In this document: positions 20,304 to 28,899 of the stretch, in pieces
Numbering within the stretch: position 1 is the stretch's first letter
Layout: every line of letters begins with the position of its first letter
From: Alistipes ihumii
GTDB taxonomy: Bacteria; Bacteroidota; Bacteroidia; Bacteroidales; Bacteroidaceae
DNA length: 64,000 nt
Direction: 5' to 3'
NCBI GenBank assembly: GCA_963626085.1
Contig: CAVFVJ010000033.1
Coordinates: 32,006 to 96,005 of the forward strand
Notes under the pieces: generated by a model
What the model was told of the DNA's origin: nothing
What the model saw: only the letters and a program-made list of their open reading frames with translations
Databases searched by the model: none
Made by a program: the position numbers and the translations under genes

Positions 20304-21058
20304 CTAAAGGCATAAGGATTATCTGTGTGGCAATACTTGCTTTAAGTGTTGCCGCATACATCGTATATGCCATGGTACTATCTGCTGAGAGGAATGATAA
20401 TGACAAGTGTGGCGGCATCGAACTGAACATCGAGAAGAATAGTCATTCTGGCTTCATCACATCCGACATTGTTGAGAACGACTTGCGCAATGCCAACATA
20501 CTACCTACGGGCAGACCGATGTGCGACATCAGTACGGGACAAATAGAACGGACACTGAGGAAGAATGAGTTCGTGGAAAAGATTGAGTGCTACAAGACAT
20601 CCAACAACAAGGTGGCCATAGACATCACCGAGTGCACTCCTGTCATATATCTCCTCCCTGACAATGGAGAGGGATATTATGTAGACAAATACGGCAAGGT
20701 GATAACCACGGACGCTTATCCAGTCAACATGCCGGTTGCCACTGGCAAGTTTTCACAGAACTATGCTAGAAAACGTCTCTCACACCTTGGCGTATACTTG
20801 CTCAACAACCCATTCTGGAACAACCAGATTGAACAGATTCATGTCTCTGTCAATTCAGACAGAGAATACGTTATAGACCTCATACCGCGAGTCGGCAACC
20901 ATATCATACACTTGGGGACACTAGAGAAGTTTCAAGACAAGCTAAAACGGCTAATGGCGTTCTACCAGCAAGCCATCACAAAAGTAGGTTGGACCAAATA
21001 TTCAGTTATCGACCTGGAATATGAAGGACAGATTATTTGTAAAAAACAAAAAAACTAA
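20294..21058 (+). CDS. ftsQ: cell division protein FtsQ (POTRA-containing)
   Basis: 254 aa with an N-terminal TM helix (IICVAILALSVAAYIVYAMV). Positioned between murC and ftsA, with a 10-nt overlap with murC. Confidence 0.8.
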   Translation: MQITKGIRIICVAILALSVAAYIVYAMVLSAERNDNDKCGGIELNIEKNSHSGFITSDIVENDLRNANILPTGRPMCDISTGQIERTLRKNEFVEKIECYKTSNNKVAIDITECTPVIYLLPDNGEGYYVDKYGKVITTDAYPVNMPVATGKFSQNYARKRLSHLGVYLLNNPFWNNQIEQIHVSVNSDREYVIDLIPRVGNHIIHLGTLEKFQDKLKRLMAFYQQAITKVGWTKYSVIDLEYEGQIICKKQKN

Positions 21059-21064
21059 AGACAT

Positions 21065-22678
21065 ATGGGAGAACAGGATTCTATAATCGTCGCTATCGAA
21101 TTGGGGTCATCGAAAATCTGCGGCATTGCAGGAAAGATGAAGGACGGCAACATGCAGATACTGGCTTATGCTGAAGACAAAACCAGCGACTGCATCAAAC
21201 GTGGAGTTGTTTATAATATCGAAAAAACAACCCAAAGTATAAAGAACGTAATCAACAAGTTGGAGGCGACCTTGAAGATGAAGATAAGCCGTACATACAT
21301 AGGTATTGGCGGTCAATCCGTACGTTCCGTAAAGAACTTCGTCAAGAGGGATATGTTGACACCCACTTACATCACTCAGGCGCATATAGACAGCATTACC
21401 GACGAAAGTCACGATGTGTCTGACGATGAATACGAACTCATCGGTTATTATGTACAGGGATTCACCGTTGACGGCAATCTAGTGGCTGACCCTGTCGGTA
21501 TTATGGGAACAATTGTAGAAGGAGAGTTCCTCAATATCATCGCAAACAAGAGACTGAGGAAGAATATAAAAACAAGCTTCGAAAATCTGGGACTAGACAT
21601 AGCCGATTACCACCTGTCCTCGTTTGAACTTGCAAACAACGTGTTGACCGACACGGAAAAACGTACTGGAACGGCATTGATTGACCTCGGAGCTGGGACA
21701 ACTACCATTGTGGTACTAAAGAGTAACATAATACGACAGATAATAACACTTCCCCTTGGTGTCAACAATATCAAGCAAGACCTTTGCGAACTGCAAATAG
21801 AGCAAAACGAGGCGGAGCAACTGCTGCTCACCTACGGAGACGCTATGGCAGAGAACATACCGGGCAACGGGGATGAAGACCAAACCCCACTGTACACCAC
21901 CTCAGACGGCCGCTCCATCGAGATAACCACCATACAGGAGATTATTAGGGCAAGACTACAGGAAATCTTGATAAACGTAGACAAGCAAATGCACAACTCA
22001 GACTATGCTGACAGGCTATTGGGCGGTGTCGTCATCACCGGTGGTGGTGCCAACATCAGGAATATCGACAAGGCATGTCTGTCGATGTTGAATGCCGACA
22101 AGGTCAGAATCGCAAAGAAGGTCATACCACAAATTGTGAAGAACAGCAATATCACGTCACTATCACTGGAGAACCCAGCAAGCTGTGCCGTCATATCGTT
22201 GTTGCTGTCAGGCGAAGAGAACTGCACGGAAAGCGGATACAATGGGTTGGAAATCTTCGGGGAGAACGACAAGCCAAAGGACAGTATTCAGAAAGAGGCG
22301 GCATCACGAATCCAGAAGGAAGAGGACGAAGCGTTGGCGTTCATCGAGGAGACCAAGACCAAACTGAGGGATGCCATCATCAAACTGCAGAAATCGACCT
22401 CCGACATAACGGTGGACGATGCCAACAGGGGACTCAAGAACATTGCGAGGCAGAACCTCACCGCAGCCGAGACGATCATCACCGAAGACTACAACAAATA
22501 CAAGGACATACTGGTCGGCAAGGACAAGTACAACCAATCGCTCAGGGAAGCGGACGACCTCATAACCAAGTGCGATGAAGAGAGCTACAAGCTGAAGGAA
22601 CTGCTCAAGGCATCCGAGAAAAGGAACAGCACATGGGGCAAGATTGGACGATGGATTGATGATTTACTAAAAGAATAA
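21065..22678 (+). CDS. ftsA: cell division protein FtsA with extended coiled-coil C-terminal region
   Basis: Actin-like fold motifs (VAIELGSSKICG, DLGAGTTTIVV, VITGGGANI). 537 aa, which from memory looks long for FtsA. Confidence 0.92.
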   Translation: MGEQDSIIVAIELGSSKICGIAGKMKDGNMQILAYAEDKTSDCIKRGVVYNIEKTTQSIKNVINKLEATLKMKISRTYIGIGGQSVRSVKNFVKRDMLTPTYITQAHIDSITDESHDVSDDEYELIGYYVQGFTVDGNLVADPVGIMGTIVEGEFLNIIANKRLRKNIKTSFENLGLDIADYHLSSFELANNVLTDTEKRTGTALIDLGAGTTTIVVLKSNIIRQIITLPLGVNNIKQDLCELQIEQNEAEQLLLTYGDAMAENIPGNGDEDQTPLYTTSDGRSIEITTIQEIIRARLQEILINVDKQMHNSDYADRLLGGVVITGGGANIRNIDKACLSMLNADKVRIAKKVIPQIVKNSNITSLSLENPASCAVISLLLSGEENCTESGYNGLEIFGENDKPKDSIQKEAASRIQKEEDEALAFIEETKTKLRDAIIKLQKSTSDITVDDANRGLKNIARQNLTAAETIITEDYNKYKDILVGKDKYNQSLREADDLITKCDEESYKLKELLKASEKRNSTWGKIGRWIDDLLKE

Positions 22679-22703
22679 CGTAACCACTTAATCAGGCAAC
22701 TAT

Positions 22704-23966
22704 ATGGATGTAGAATTCACATTCCCACAGCAAGGGACTAATATAATAAAGGTCATAGGTGTAGGCGGCGGCGGATGCAATGCAGTCAACAACATGTTCA
22801 ACAAAGGTATTCATGACGTGTCGTTCATCGTGTGCAACACCGACAAGAAAGCTCTCGACGACTCGCCCGTGCCGTCCAAGCTGCAACTGGGCAAGGAGGG
22901 ACTGGGTGCTGGTAACAAGCCAGAAGCCGGAAGGAAAGCAGCAGAGGAATCGCTCGACAGTATAAAGGACACGCTCAACGACGGCACCAAGATGGTATTC
23001 ATCACTGCTGGAATGGGTGGCGGAACCGGTACTGGTGCCGCACCTATCATAGCCAAGACAGCCAAAGAGATGGGCATCTTGACGGTCGGAATCGTGACCA
23101 TCCCGTTCCGTTGGGAGGGAATCATAAAGATTGACAAGGCTTTGGACGGTGTGGAGGAGATGAGTAAAAACGTGGATGCGCTGCTGGTCATCAACAACGA
23201 GCGTCTGAGGGAGATATATCCCGAACTAACCGTGCTCGATGCCTTTGCCAAGGCCGACGACACACTGTGCAACGCAGCACGCAGCATAGCCGAAATCATC
23301 ACTATGCACGGAATCATCAACCTTGACTTCAACGATGTCAAGACCGTGTTGCAGGACGGCGGTGTGGCTATCATGAGCACCGGTTACGGGAGTGGCGACA
23401 GCCGAATCACCAAAGCACTGGAAGATGCGCTGCACTCACCTCTGCTCAACAACAACGACATATACAACTCCAAGAAGTTCCTTCTGCACATATCCTTCTG
23501 CAGCGACGAGAAAGGAGGTACACAGAGTCTGATGATGGACGAGATGGGCGAAATCAACGACTTCATGAACAAGATGAGAACAGCCGACATCGTGGAGACC
23601 AAATGGGGTCTGTCCGTTGACCCGTCACTACAAGAGAAGGTGAAAGTCACCATCCTCGCCACCGGCTTCGGGGTACAGAACATCAATTCCGACGAGATGT
23701 CCAACCGTATCGAGAAGCGTAGGAAGGACGAGCGCAAGAGAGAGGCGGAGAAGACCGAGGAGGAAATCGAGAAGGAGATACGCCGCAACAACATCTATGA
23801 CATGAACAACAGCAGTGCGAAGAAGTCCACATACTGTTATAAGTTCAGGGACGAGGATCTCGACAATGATGATGTCATCAGCATGGTGGAGGCATCCCCT
23901 ACCTACAAGCGCAAGCGTGACGACATAAGGCAGATTACCGAACGCTCCAACATGGTAAAGCACTGA
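22704..23966 (+). CDS. ftsZ: cell division GTPase FtsZ
   Basis: GVGGGGCNAVNNM and the tubulin signature TAGMGGGTGTGAAP. Charged linker (EKRRKDERKREAEKTEEEIEKE). Confidence 0.97.
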   Translation: MDVEFTFPQQGTNIIKVIGVGGGGCNAVNNMFNKGIHDVSFIVCNTDKKALDDSPVPSKLQLGKEGLGAGNKPEAGRKAAEESLDSIKDTLNDGTKMVFITAGMGGGTGTGAAPIIAKTAKEMGILTVGIVTIPFRWEGIIKIDKALDGVEEMSKNVDALLVINNERLREIYPELTVLDAFAKADDTLCNAARSIAEIITMHGIINLDFNDVKTVLQDGGVAIMSTGYGSGDSRITKALEDALHSPLLNNNDIYNSKKFLLHISFCSDEKGGTQSLMMDEMGEINDFMNKMRTADIVETKWGLSVDPSLQEKVKVTILATGFGVQNINSDEMSNRIEKRRKDERKREAEKTEEEIEKEIRRNNIYDMNNSSAKKSTYCYKFRDEDLDNDDVISMVEASPTYKRKRDDIRQITERSNMVKH

Positions 23967-24004
23967 AGAACAGCACAGCCGCAGGAGCAAGCGGCACAGA
24001 ACAA

Positions 24005-24053
24005 GGCAGGAGGCAAACACCCGTGACGGGCTGTTTGCCTCCTGCCTGTTTAT
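24005..24053. terminator. strong hairpin terminator between convergent ftsZ and the OMP gene
   Basis: GGCAGGAGGCAAACACCCG (24005-24023) pairs with CGGGcTGTTTGCCTCCTGCC (24027-24046), about a 19-bp stem with one bulge, followed by TGTTTAT. Confidence 0.8.
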
Positions 24054-24068
24054 GGAGTCAACGGACTG

Positions 24069-25493
24069 TCAGAATGCAACGTTGAATCCGAGGTTCACGC
24101 TCATGTTGGAGCTGAGCGGAATGTATTCCTTGCTGGTTTTGCCGAGTATATGGTCCATTCCTATGAACACGTTGACACCCTTCGGATGGAAGTTAGCAAC
24201 CCATCCAATGCTGGCAGTATAGCTGTTGAGTGCGAAGTTAACGCCACCGTCAATCCACTTGAGTGGTGCCACATTTGCACTCACACGGCATTCAGTCCAT
24301 GAATACTTGCCATTGATGCGTGTAGAACTGAGGAGACCGAACTTTAAGCTGCGGTAAGAAGGGAGAGTGTATTCACATCCAGCGTTCAGTGTGGCACCGA
24401 TGCCTGTAGTGCGACCGCCCTTGTCACCCTCGTCAGAAAGGTTGGCGAAGTCTGCCAACTGGTCGGAATACTTATCCGCTTGGTTGCCAAGCGTATTGTC
24501 CTTCGTGTTGCCATTTGCGTCCTCGTCTTTCACAGCCACATCATGGAAACCGCTGAACTCAAAGCTTTTCTGTCTGTTGACCGCCTGCATATTATTCGAC
24601 CAGCCAATGAAACCAAGGTCCACCAAGGCTGCGCTGACTGTGAAGTCATCGTTTATCTTGTACACGCCTCCGAGGTCTACTGCCAAGCCGAAGCCACCGA
24701 GTCCGGCACCGTCAACATCAACGTCGTTCACGTATTTGTACGTGCCCTTGTCCGCCTGTTTGTACTCCTTCTCTTCCTCTACGTACGTAAAGCCTTTGAG
24801 TGACACATTAGACTTGGCATCACCAGAAACCGTCCATGAGTCCTCCGACGACAAGTCGGCACGCATATCCGTCATTTGTATGTCTGCCCTTGCGACACCG
24901 AAGAGGAACTTAACCTTTGCACCCACACGCAACTTTTCGTTGATATCGCGTGAGTGACCGAATGCCAATTGCACGAACGACTGCGCATGCACGTCGATGT
25001 CGCCTATGTCGTATGTCCTGTTCCCTGTGTTCCTCGCAAACTCGAACAGACCGTAAGGCAACACTGCACCGACATTGGTACGCGTGTCGATGGAAACGGT
25101 GCTGTATCCACCGAACGACTTGAAACCTGCGGACAGAATGGTGATGTCCACGTCGGCATTGATTCTGTTGTTGCCTTTGTTGAATCCGCTCAAGGCATCC
25201 GAAGTCGACAGGTACGGGTTCATGAACGTTGTTTTCTTCTTGTCACTGTCCATTCCGTAGCGTGGATTATCGAACAACACATCTCCCAGGCCGAAATTTC
25301 CGCTCGTCTTGATATTGATGTTTCCCAATGTAGGCAGTGACACGTAGTTCTGTTCATTACCGAAAGCTGGGTTCAGGTTATGACGGAACTTGTAGTCGTC
25401 GACGAAATAGGCGGAGTTGAGTCCCTGTGCCATCACTTGACCGCATACAGCGGCAAGGGACATGGCCAATATATATTTCAATGATCGTTTCAT
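24069..25493 (-). CDS. uncharacterised outer-membrane beta-barrel protein (from memory resembles the DUF5723/TraF-like Bacteroidota family)
   Basis: Signal peptide MKRSLKYILAMSLAAVCGQVMAQ, pervasive alternating aromatic/hydrophobic strands, and a terminal ...LGFNVAF aromatic C-terminus typical of BAM substrates. Confidence 0.8.
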   Translation of the reverse strand: MKRSLKYILAMSLAAVCGQVMAQGLNSAYFVDDYKFRHNLNPAFGNEQNYVSLPTLGNINIKTSGNFGLGDVLFDNPRYGMDSDKKKTTFMNPYLSTSDALSGFNKGNNRINADVDITILSAGFKSFGGYSTVSIDTRTNVGAVLPYGLFEFARNTGNRTYDIGDIDVHAQSFVQLAFGHSRDINEKLRVGAKVKFLFGVARADIQMTDMRADLSSEDSWTVSGDAKSNVSLKGFTYVEEEKEYKQADKGTYKYVNDVDVDGAGLGGFGLAVDLGGVYKINDDFTVSAALVDLGFIGWSNNMQAVNRQKSFEFSGFHDVAVKDEDANGNTKDNTLGNQADKYSDQLADFANLSDEGDKGGRTTGIGATLNAGCEYTLPSYRSLKFGLLSSTRINGKYSWTECRVSANVAPLKWIDGGVNFALNSYTASIGWVANFHPKGVNVFIGMDHILGKTSKEYIPLSSNMSVNLGFNVAF

Positions 25494-25511
25494 AACGTAA
25501 GGCTGTTTTTG

Positions 25512-27278
25512 TTAGTTAAGGTCTGCAATAATTTTACCAATCACTTTTACTTTGAGGTCACGCACGAGAAGCGTATGGTTGTAGGCGTTGATGGTCTGGC
25601 CCACAATACTCGGTGACCCATCCTCGTCTGACATTGCCTCTACCTTGAATATCAGTCCGTCTGTCGTCTTGAGCGTGCCCTTCTCCAATTCCTTCACCGT
25701 TACCACTATAGGTGTAGTGACCGCGGTCTCGCCATCGGCAGACGGACGCAACGTCCTGTCGACAGTGACCGATATGCGGTCGGAACTGATTTCCCTGCCC
25801 TTTTCATCGATAGCAAAGGCTGTAACCTTCAAGTATATCGGTATCTTGTTCTCGATATTGGCTGTCGCCTGCAGATATGAACCCTCCATAAAGTCAAGAT
25901 CCTCAATGTCGTCGTGCCATCCGTCAACAGTATCACGGAACACAATCACAGCACCTTCGTCAAAGGCCAAAGGAGCAGTGAAAGAATAGCTCGGGGCGAC
26001 AGTGTATTCCTTGCCGAGTTCTATGTCGCTGACTTTGGAGTCATCGGCTGACGCATTTGCGTGGAAGTATATGCGATGGGGTATCTTCTTCAGCACATCA
26101 GACAGATTGCTCACCTCATACACTCCATCATAATCATCTCCGTCTATCTCGTCTGGATACTTGCAGATGCATATCTTAGTAGTGGAGTTGGGGTTGATGG
26201 TCATCTCAGGCACTTCCACCTCAGCGATTAGAGTGCCGTCCTCGTCCACTGACTCAATCGAGCCTGAGATAAGTCCCGAAACATTCATGTCACTGGCAAT
26301 CGTCAAACTGATGGCAGGATTGTACAGTGCCACATGCACGTCATCGCCCTTCAAGAAGTCAGGTACGCTGTTTATCTCTATGCTGCCCAGGTCATCCAAG
26401 TCTATCGTCGGTGCAAACATGCCAGTCGCACCGGTTATCGTCATAGATTCCATGTTCATGTTGCTGGAGAGGTAGTAGTCGGACGCAGGAGAAGATATAG
26501 CCTCTGTGTTTATCTCGGATACAGCAAGCTCCACCGTCACAACACCGTCAAGTGTCACTTTACCATCACTGAACACAAGAGTGTTGCCCTCCGTGTCATC
26601 GGCGGTGAAGTCCAGCTCCGTCACTGTAGCATCAATCGTAATGCTGCTGGCTGTGCTCACATTGGTGAAGGTTATCGAGTGTCCGTCCGTCTCATACTTG
26701 GCAGGACTGGTCTTGTTGACCTTCAGCGCCATGAAATTAGGCAACTTCACTGTCATTCTGTCGAACTTTGATATACAGCCGCTCAGTGCCGGAGAAATAT
26801 TGACTGTGATAGACACCTCTGTATCTATAGTAGCCTTCTGCAGGTCTTTTATCTCGTCTGGGGTCTCACCAGTGTACTTGAAACGTGTTACTACACCACT
26901 GACTGTCTTCTCTGCAATCTTTATACGCTTGGTCGTGCTGGTAGGAACCCACGAGGCCACATTCACATACAGGTTCTCTGACTCCGAACTATGCTCTCTG
27001 ACATTCACCTTATCGACGCATGGATGGGCAGGGTCGATAGATGCACCTGCCTTACTGATGACATAGTCACCGTTAGGGAGGATTTCAACGATGTCACTGT
27101 TTTCCAAGTCCAGAACATCATCCAGCATAATATTCTCGGTGCTGCTGACAGGCAATACCAAACTGTCACTACCCACGCCAACAGTCAAGTCCACACCTGA
27201 CAAATCATAGTCATTGTCAGCACAACCCGTTCCAAGAACCGTTGCTCCAGCAGCGAGCAACAGAGTCCAGGTTTTCAT
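25512..27278 (-). CDS. uncharacterised surface/periplasmic lipoprotein (about 588 aa, acidic, beta-rich)
   Basis: MKTWTLLLAAGATVLGTGC lipobox followed by ADNDYD. Rich in T/V/S/D beta-sandwich-like sequence. 18-nt gap to the downstream barrel gene. The tracked ORF starts 7 codons earlier, at 27299. Confidence 0.8.
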   Translation of the reverse strand: MKTWTLLLAAGATVLGTGCADNDYDLSGVDLTVGVGSDSLVLPVSSTENIMLDDVLDLENSDIVEILPNGDYVISKAGASIDPAHPCVDKVNVREHSSESENLYVNVASWVPTSTTKRIKIAEKTVSGVVTRFKYTGETPDEIKDLQKATIDTEVSITVNISPALSGCISKFDRMTVKLPNFMALKVNKTSPAKYETDGHSITFTNVSTASSITIDATVTELDFTADDTEGNTLVFSDGKVTLDGVVTVELAVSEINTEAISSPASDYYLSSNMNMESMTITGATGMFAPTIDLDDLGSIEINSVPDFLKGDDVHVALYNPAISLTIASDMNVSGLISGSIESVDEDGTLIAEVEVPEMTINPNSTTKICICKYPDEIDGDDYDGVYEVSNLSDVLKKIPHRIYFHANASADDSKVSDIELGKEYTVAPSYSFTAPLAFDEGAVIVFRDTVDGWHDDIEDLDFMEGSYLQATANIENKIPIYLKVTAFAIDEKGREISSDRISVTVDRTLRPSADGETAVTTPIVVTVKELEKGTLKTTDGLIFKVEAMSDEDGSPSIVGQTINAYNHTLLVRDLKVKVIGKIIADLN

Positions 27279-27383
27279 TACTTTGTTTCTTGTTCCCATA
27301 AAAAATATTTTCTTGATATATGATTAATCCATATATTAGCGCACGGGATGCCCTTATCCAACCATCAGCCCATGCATTTTCCG

Positions 27384-27391
27384 CAAATTTA
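27384..27391 (-). promoter_or_regulatory. -7 box (TAAATTTG) for the lipoprotein/barrel operon
   Basis: The reverse complement matches TAnnTTTG, about 106 nt upstream of the ATG at 27278. Confidence 0.35.
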
Positions 27392-27652
27392 TAAAATTTA
27401 ATCTAAGCAACAATCAAAAACAAAGGAAATTTGAATTTAACTCATGTAAACGTCATTATTTCGAGGGCTTTTACGCAAAAGTACAAATGGGAAAGGCAAA
27501 TCTTACAGAGAACATACTTGGTGTTTCTACATGAACGACAAAGATTCCGTTGTAATGCACTTGACAAACGGCAAAACTTGAATAAAATAGCAAAAAGGCA
27601 ATGGAGAACGAAATATAACGCAGAAAAGTTTGTGTAGTAACTTTAATTTCAC

Positions 27653-27660
27653 TACTTTTG
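27653..27660 (+). promoter_or_regulatory. -7 box (TACTTTTG) for the Lrp/AsnC gene
   Basis: Exact TAnnTTTG match 32 nt upstream of the ATG at 27692. Confidence 0.5.
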
Positions 27661-27691
27661 CTTACAATTTACTATAAAACTACAGAACATC

Positions 27692-28156
27692 ATGGTAAAA
27701 TTAGATTTGTTAGACAAGAAGATATTGGAACTTATCTCTGTTAATGCGCGCAAGCCTTTCAAGGATGTAGCTGCCGAATGTGGCGTATCACGCGCAGCCA
27801 TACATCAAAGAGTACAGAAACTGATTGAATCGGGAGTCATCACTGGTTCGGGCTTTTATGTAAACCCTGAAAAGCTTGGGTACACCACATGTACCTTCGT
27901 TGGTATAAGAATTGAGAAAGGTGTACTTTACAAGAAGGTAATTGAGGAAATAAAGAAGATTCCGGAAGTAGTGGAATGCCACTGCACCACTGGTCAGTAC
28001 TACATCTTCGTCAAGATGTATGCCAAGGACAACAACCAGTTGATGGAGTTGCTCAGCGACAAGATCCAGACCATCACCGGGGTGGACTCTACAGAGACTC
28101 TGATATCCCTCGACCAAACCATCAAGCGTCAGGTTCCTATCAACATCAGACGATAG
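27692..28156 (+). CDS. Lrp/AsnC family transcriptional regulator
   Basis: 154 aa. N-terminal HTH (LDKKILELISVNARKPFKDVAAECGVSRAAIHQRVQKL) plus a C-terminal RAM/AsnC_trans_reg-like domain. Confidence 0.9.
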   Translation: MVKLDLLDKKILELISVNARKPFKDVAAECGVSRAAIHQRVQKLIESGVITGSGFYVNPEKLGYTTCTFVGIRIEKGVLYKKVIEEIKKIPEVVECHCTTGQYYIFVKMYAKDNNQLMELLSDKIQTITGVDSTETLISLDQTIKRQVPINIRR

Positions 28157-28169
28157 ACAACCCGAAAGA

Positions 28170-28463
28170 ATGTATCTCGGAGGTTTATTAATTGGTATAT
28201 GTACGTTTCTCATTATCGGAGTGTTCCACCCGATAGTGATAAAGACAGAATACTATACAGGTACTAGACTCTGGTGGGTGTTTCTAGTGTGTGGAATTAC
28301 AGGCATCATCGCCTCGTTGTTTGTTGCAAACACTTTTTGGGCATCGCTGCTTGGAGTCTTCTCGTTCTCTTGCCTTTGGAGCATCAAGGAACTGTTTGAA
28401 CAAGAGAACCGTGTGAGGAAAGGTTGGTTTCCTAAGAATCCCAAACGGACATATAAATTCTGA
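28170..28463 (+). CDS. small integral membrane protein (DUF4491-like, three predicted TM helices)
   Basis: 97-aa hydrophobic ORF 13 nt after the regulator gene, followed by a terminator hairpin. Confidence 0.75.
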   Translation: MYLGGLLIGICTFLIIGVFHPIVIKTEYYTGTRLWWVFLVCGITGIIASLFVANTFWASLLGVFSFSCLWSIKELFEQENRVRKGWFPKNPKRTYKF

Positions 28464-28490
28464 ATACCGGACTGCCGCAACGACATAAAC

Positions 28491-28537
28491 ATAATAATGT
28501 GTGCTTGAAATGAATACCGTCAGGCACACATTATTAT
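28491..28537 (+). terminator. long inverted repeat after the small membrane protein gene
   Basis: ATAATAATGTGTGC (28491-28504) pairs perfectly with GCACACATTATTAT (28524-28537), a 14-bp stem with a 19-nt loop. Confidence 0.55.
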
Positions 28538-28675
28538 ATCGTAGCGACGCCACCACATTATTGTCGAACTATGGTGGTTTTACCCACTTGTCTAGCTCCT
28601 TTTATGAGAAGAGCCTTATTGACAGTCTTTTCTTTCCAATCAGCTAATTCACTTATAATCTTCCGCTTAAGCATA

Positions 28676-28765
28676 TTCCTTCAACTTTTTGCCAATAATA
28701 TGAGGGCAAAGTTACAACTTTTTGCCAGCTTTTCACTCGTAAAATTACAACTTTTCGCCAATAAG
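28676..28765 (+). repeat. three direct repeats of CAACTTTT(T/C)GCCA at exact 33-bp spacing
   Basis: Cores at 28682-28694, 28715-28727 and 28748-28760. Copies 2 and 3 share an extended AAA(G/A)TTACAACTTTT(T/C)GCCA. The spacers are not conserved. Confidence 0.85.
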
Positions 28766-28867
28766 TTTTATAGGTTTCAGTCAACATTCATAACCGTCAC
28801 GACAAACATACAGAGCCAGACAAACAACTTTTTAATCCTGCAGCATCTTGATTTGAAGCTTTTTTCA

Positions 28868-28875
28868 TATCTTTG
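28868..28875 (+). promoter_or_regulatory. -7 box (TATCTTTG) for the HD-domain gene / por operon
   Basis: Exact TAnnTTTG match 25 nt upstream of the ATG at 28900. Confidence 0.5.
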
Positions 28876-28899
28876 TCTCCGATTACTGAAACGACTGAC

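Noticed and set aside
22075-22578. 167-aa alternative-frame ORF rich in R/G/Q inside ftsA
   Set aside because: It lies in an alternative reading frame within the charged coiled-coil-coding part of ftsA. The biased codon content keeps the alternative frame open, and there are no independent signals.
28731-28739. TTTCACTCG in a repeat spacer matches the left arm of the 45.3-kb palindrome
   Set aside because: A single 9-mer match is expected by chance at roughly 0.5 occurrences in 2 x 64 kb, and the right arm is absent here.
28682-28760. Reading the repeats on the minus strand (TGGCAAAAAGTTGT) as sigma-54 -24/-12 promoters
   Set aside because: The spacing is one base short of the TGGCAC-N5-TTGC consensus and the -12 element is TTGT rather than TTGC. 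The three copies would also fire towards the 3' end of a convergent gene, which makes no sense.
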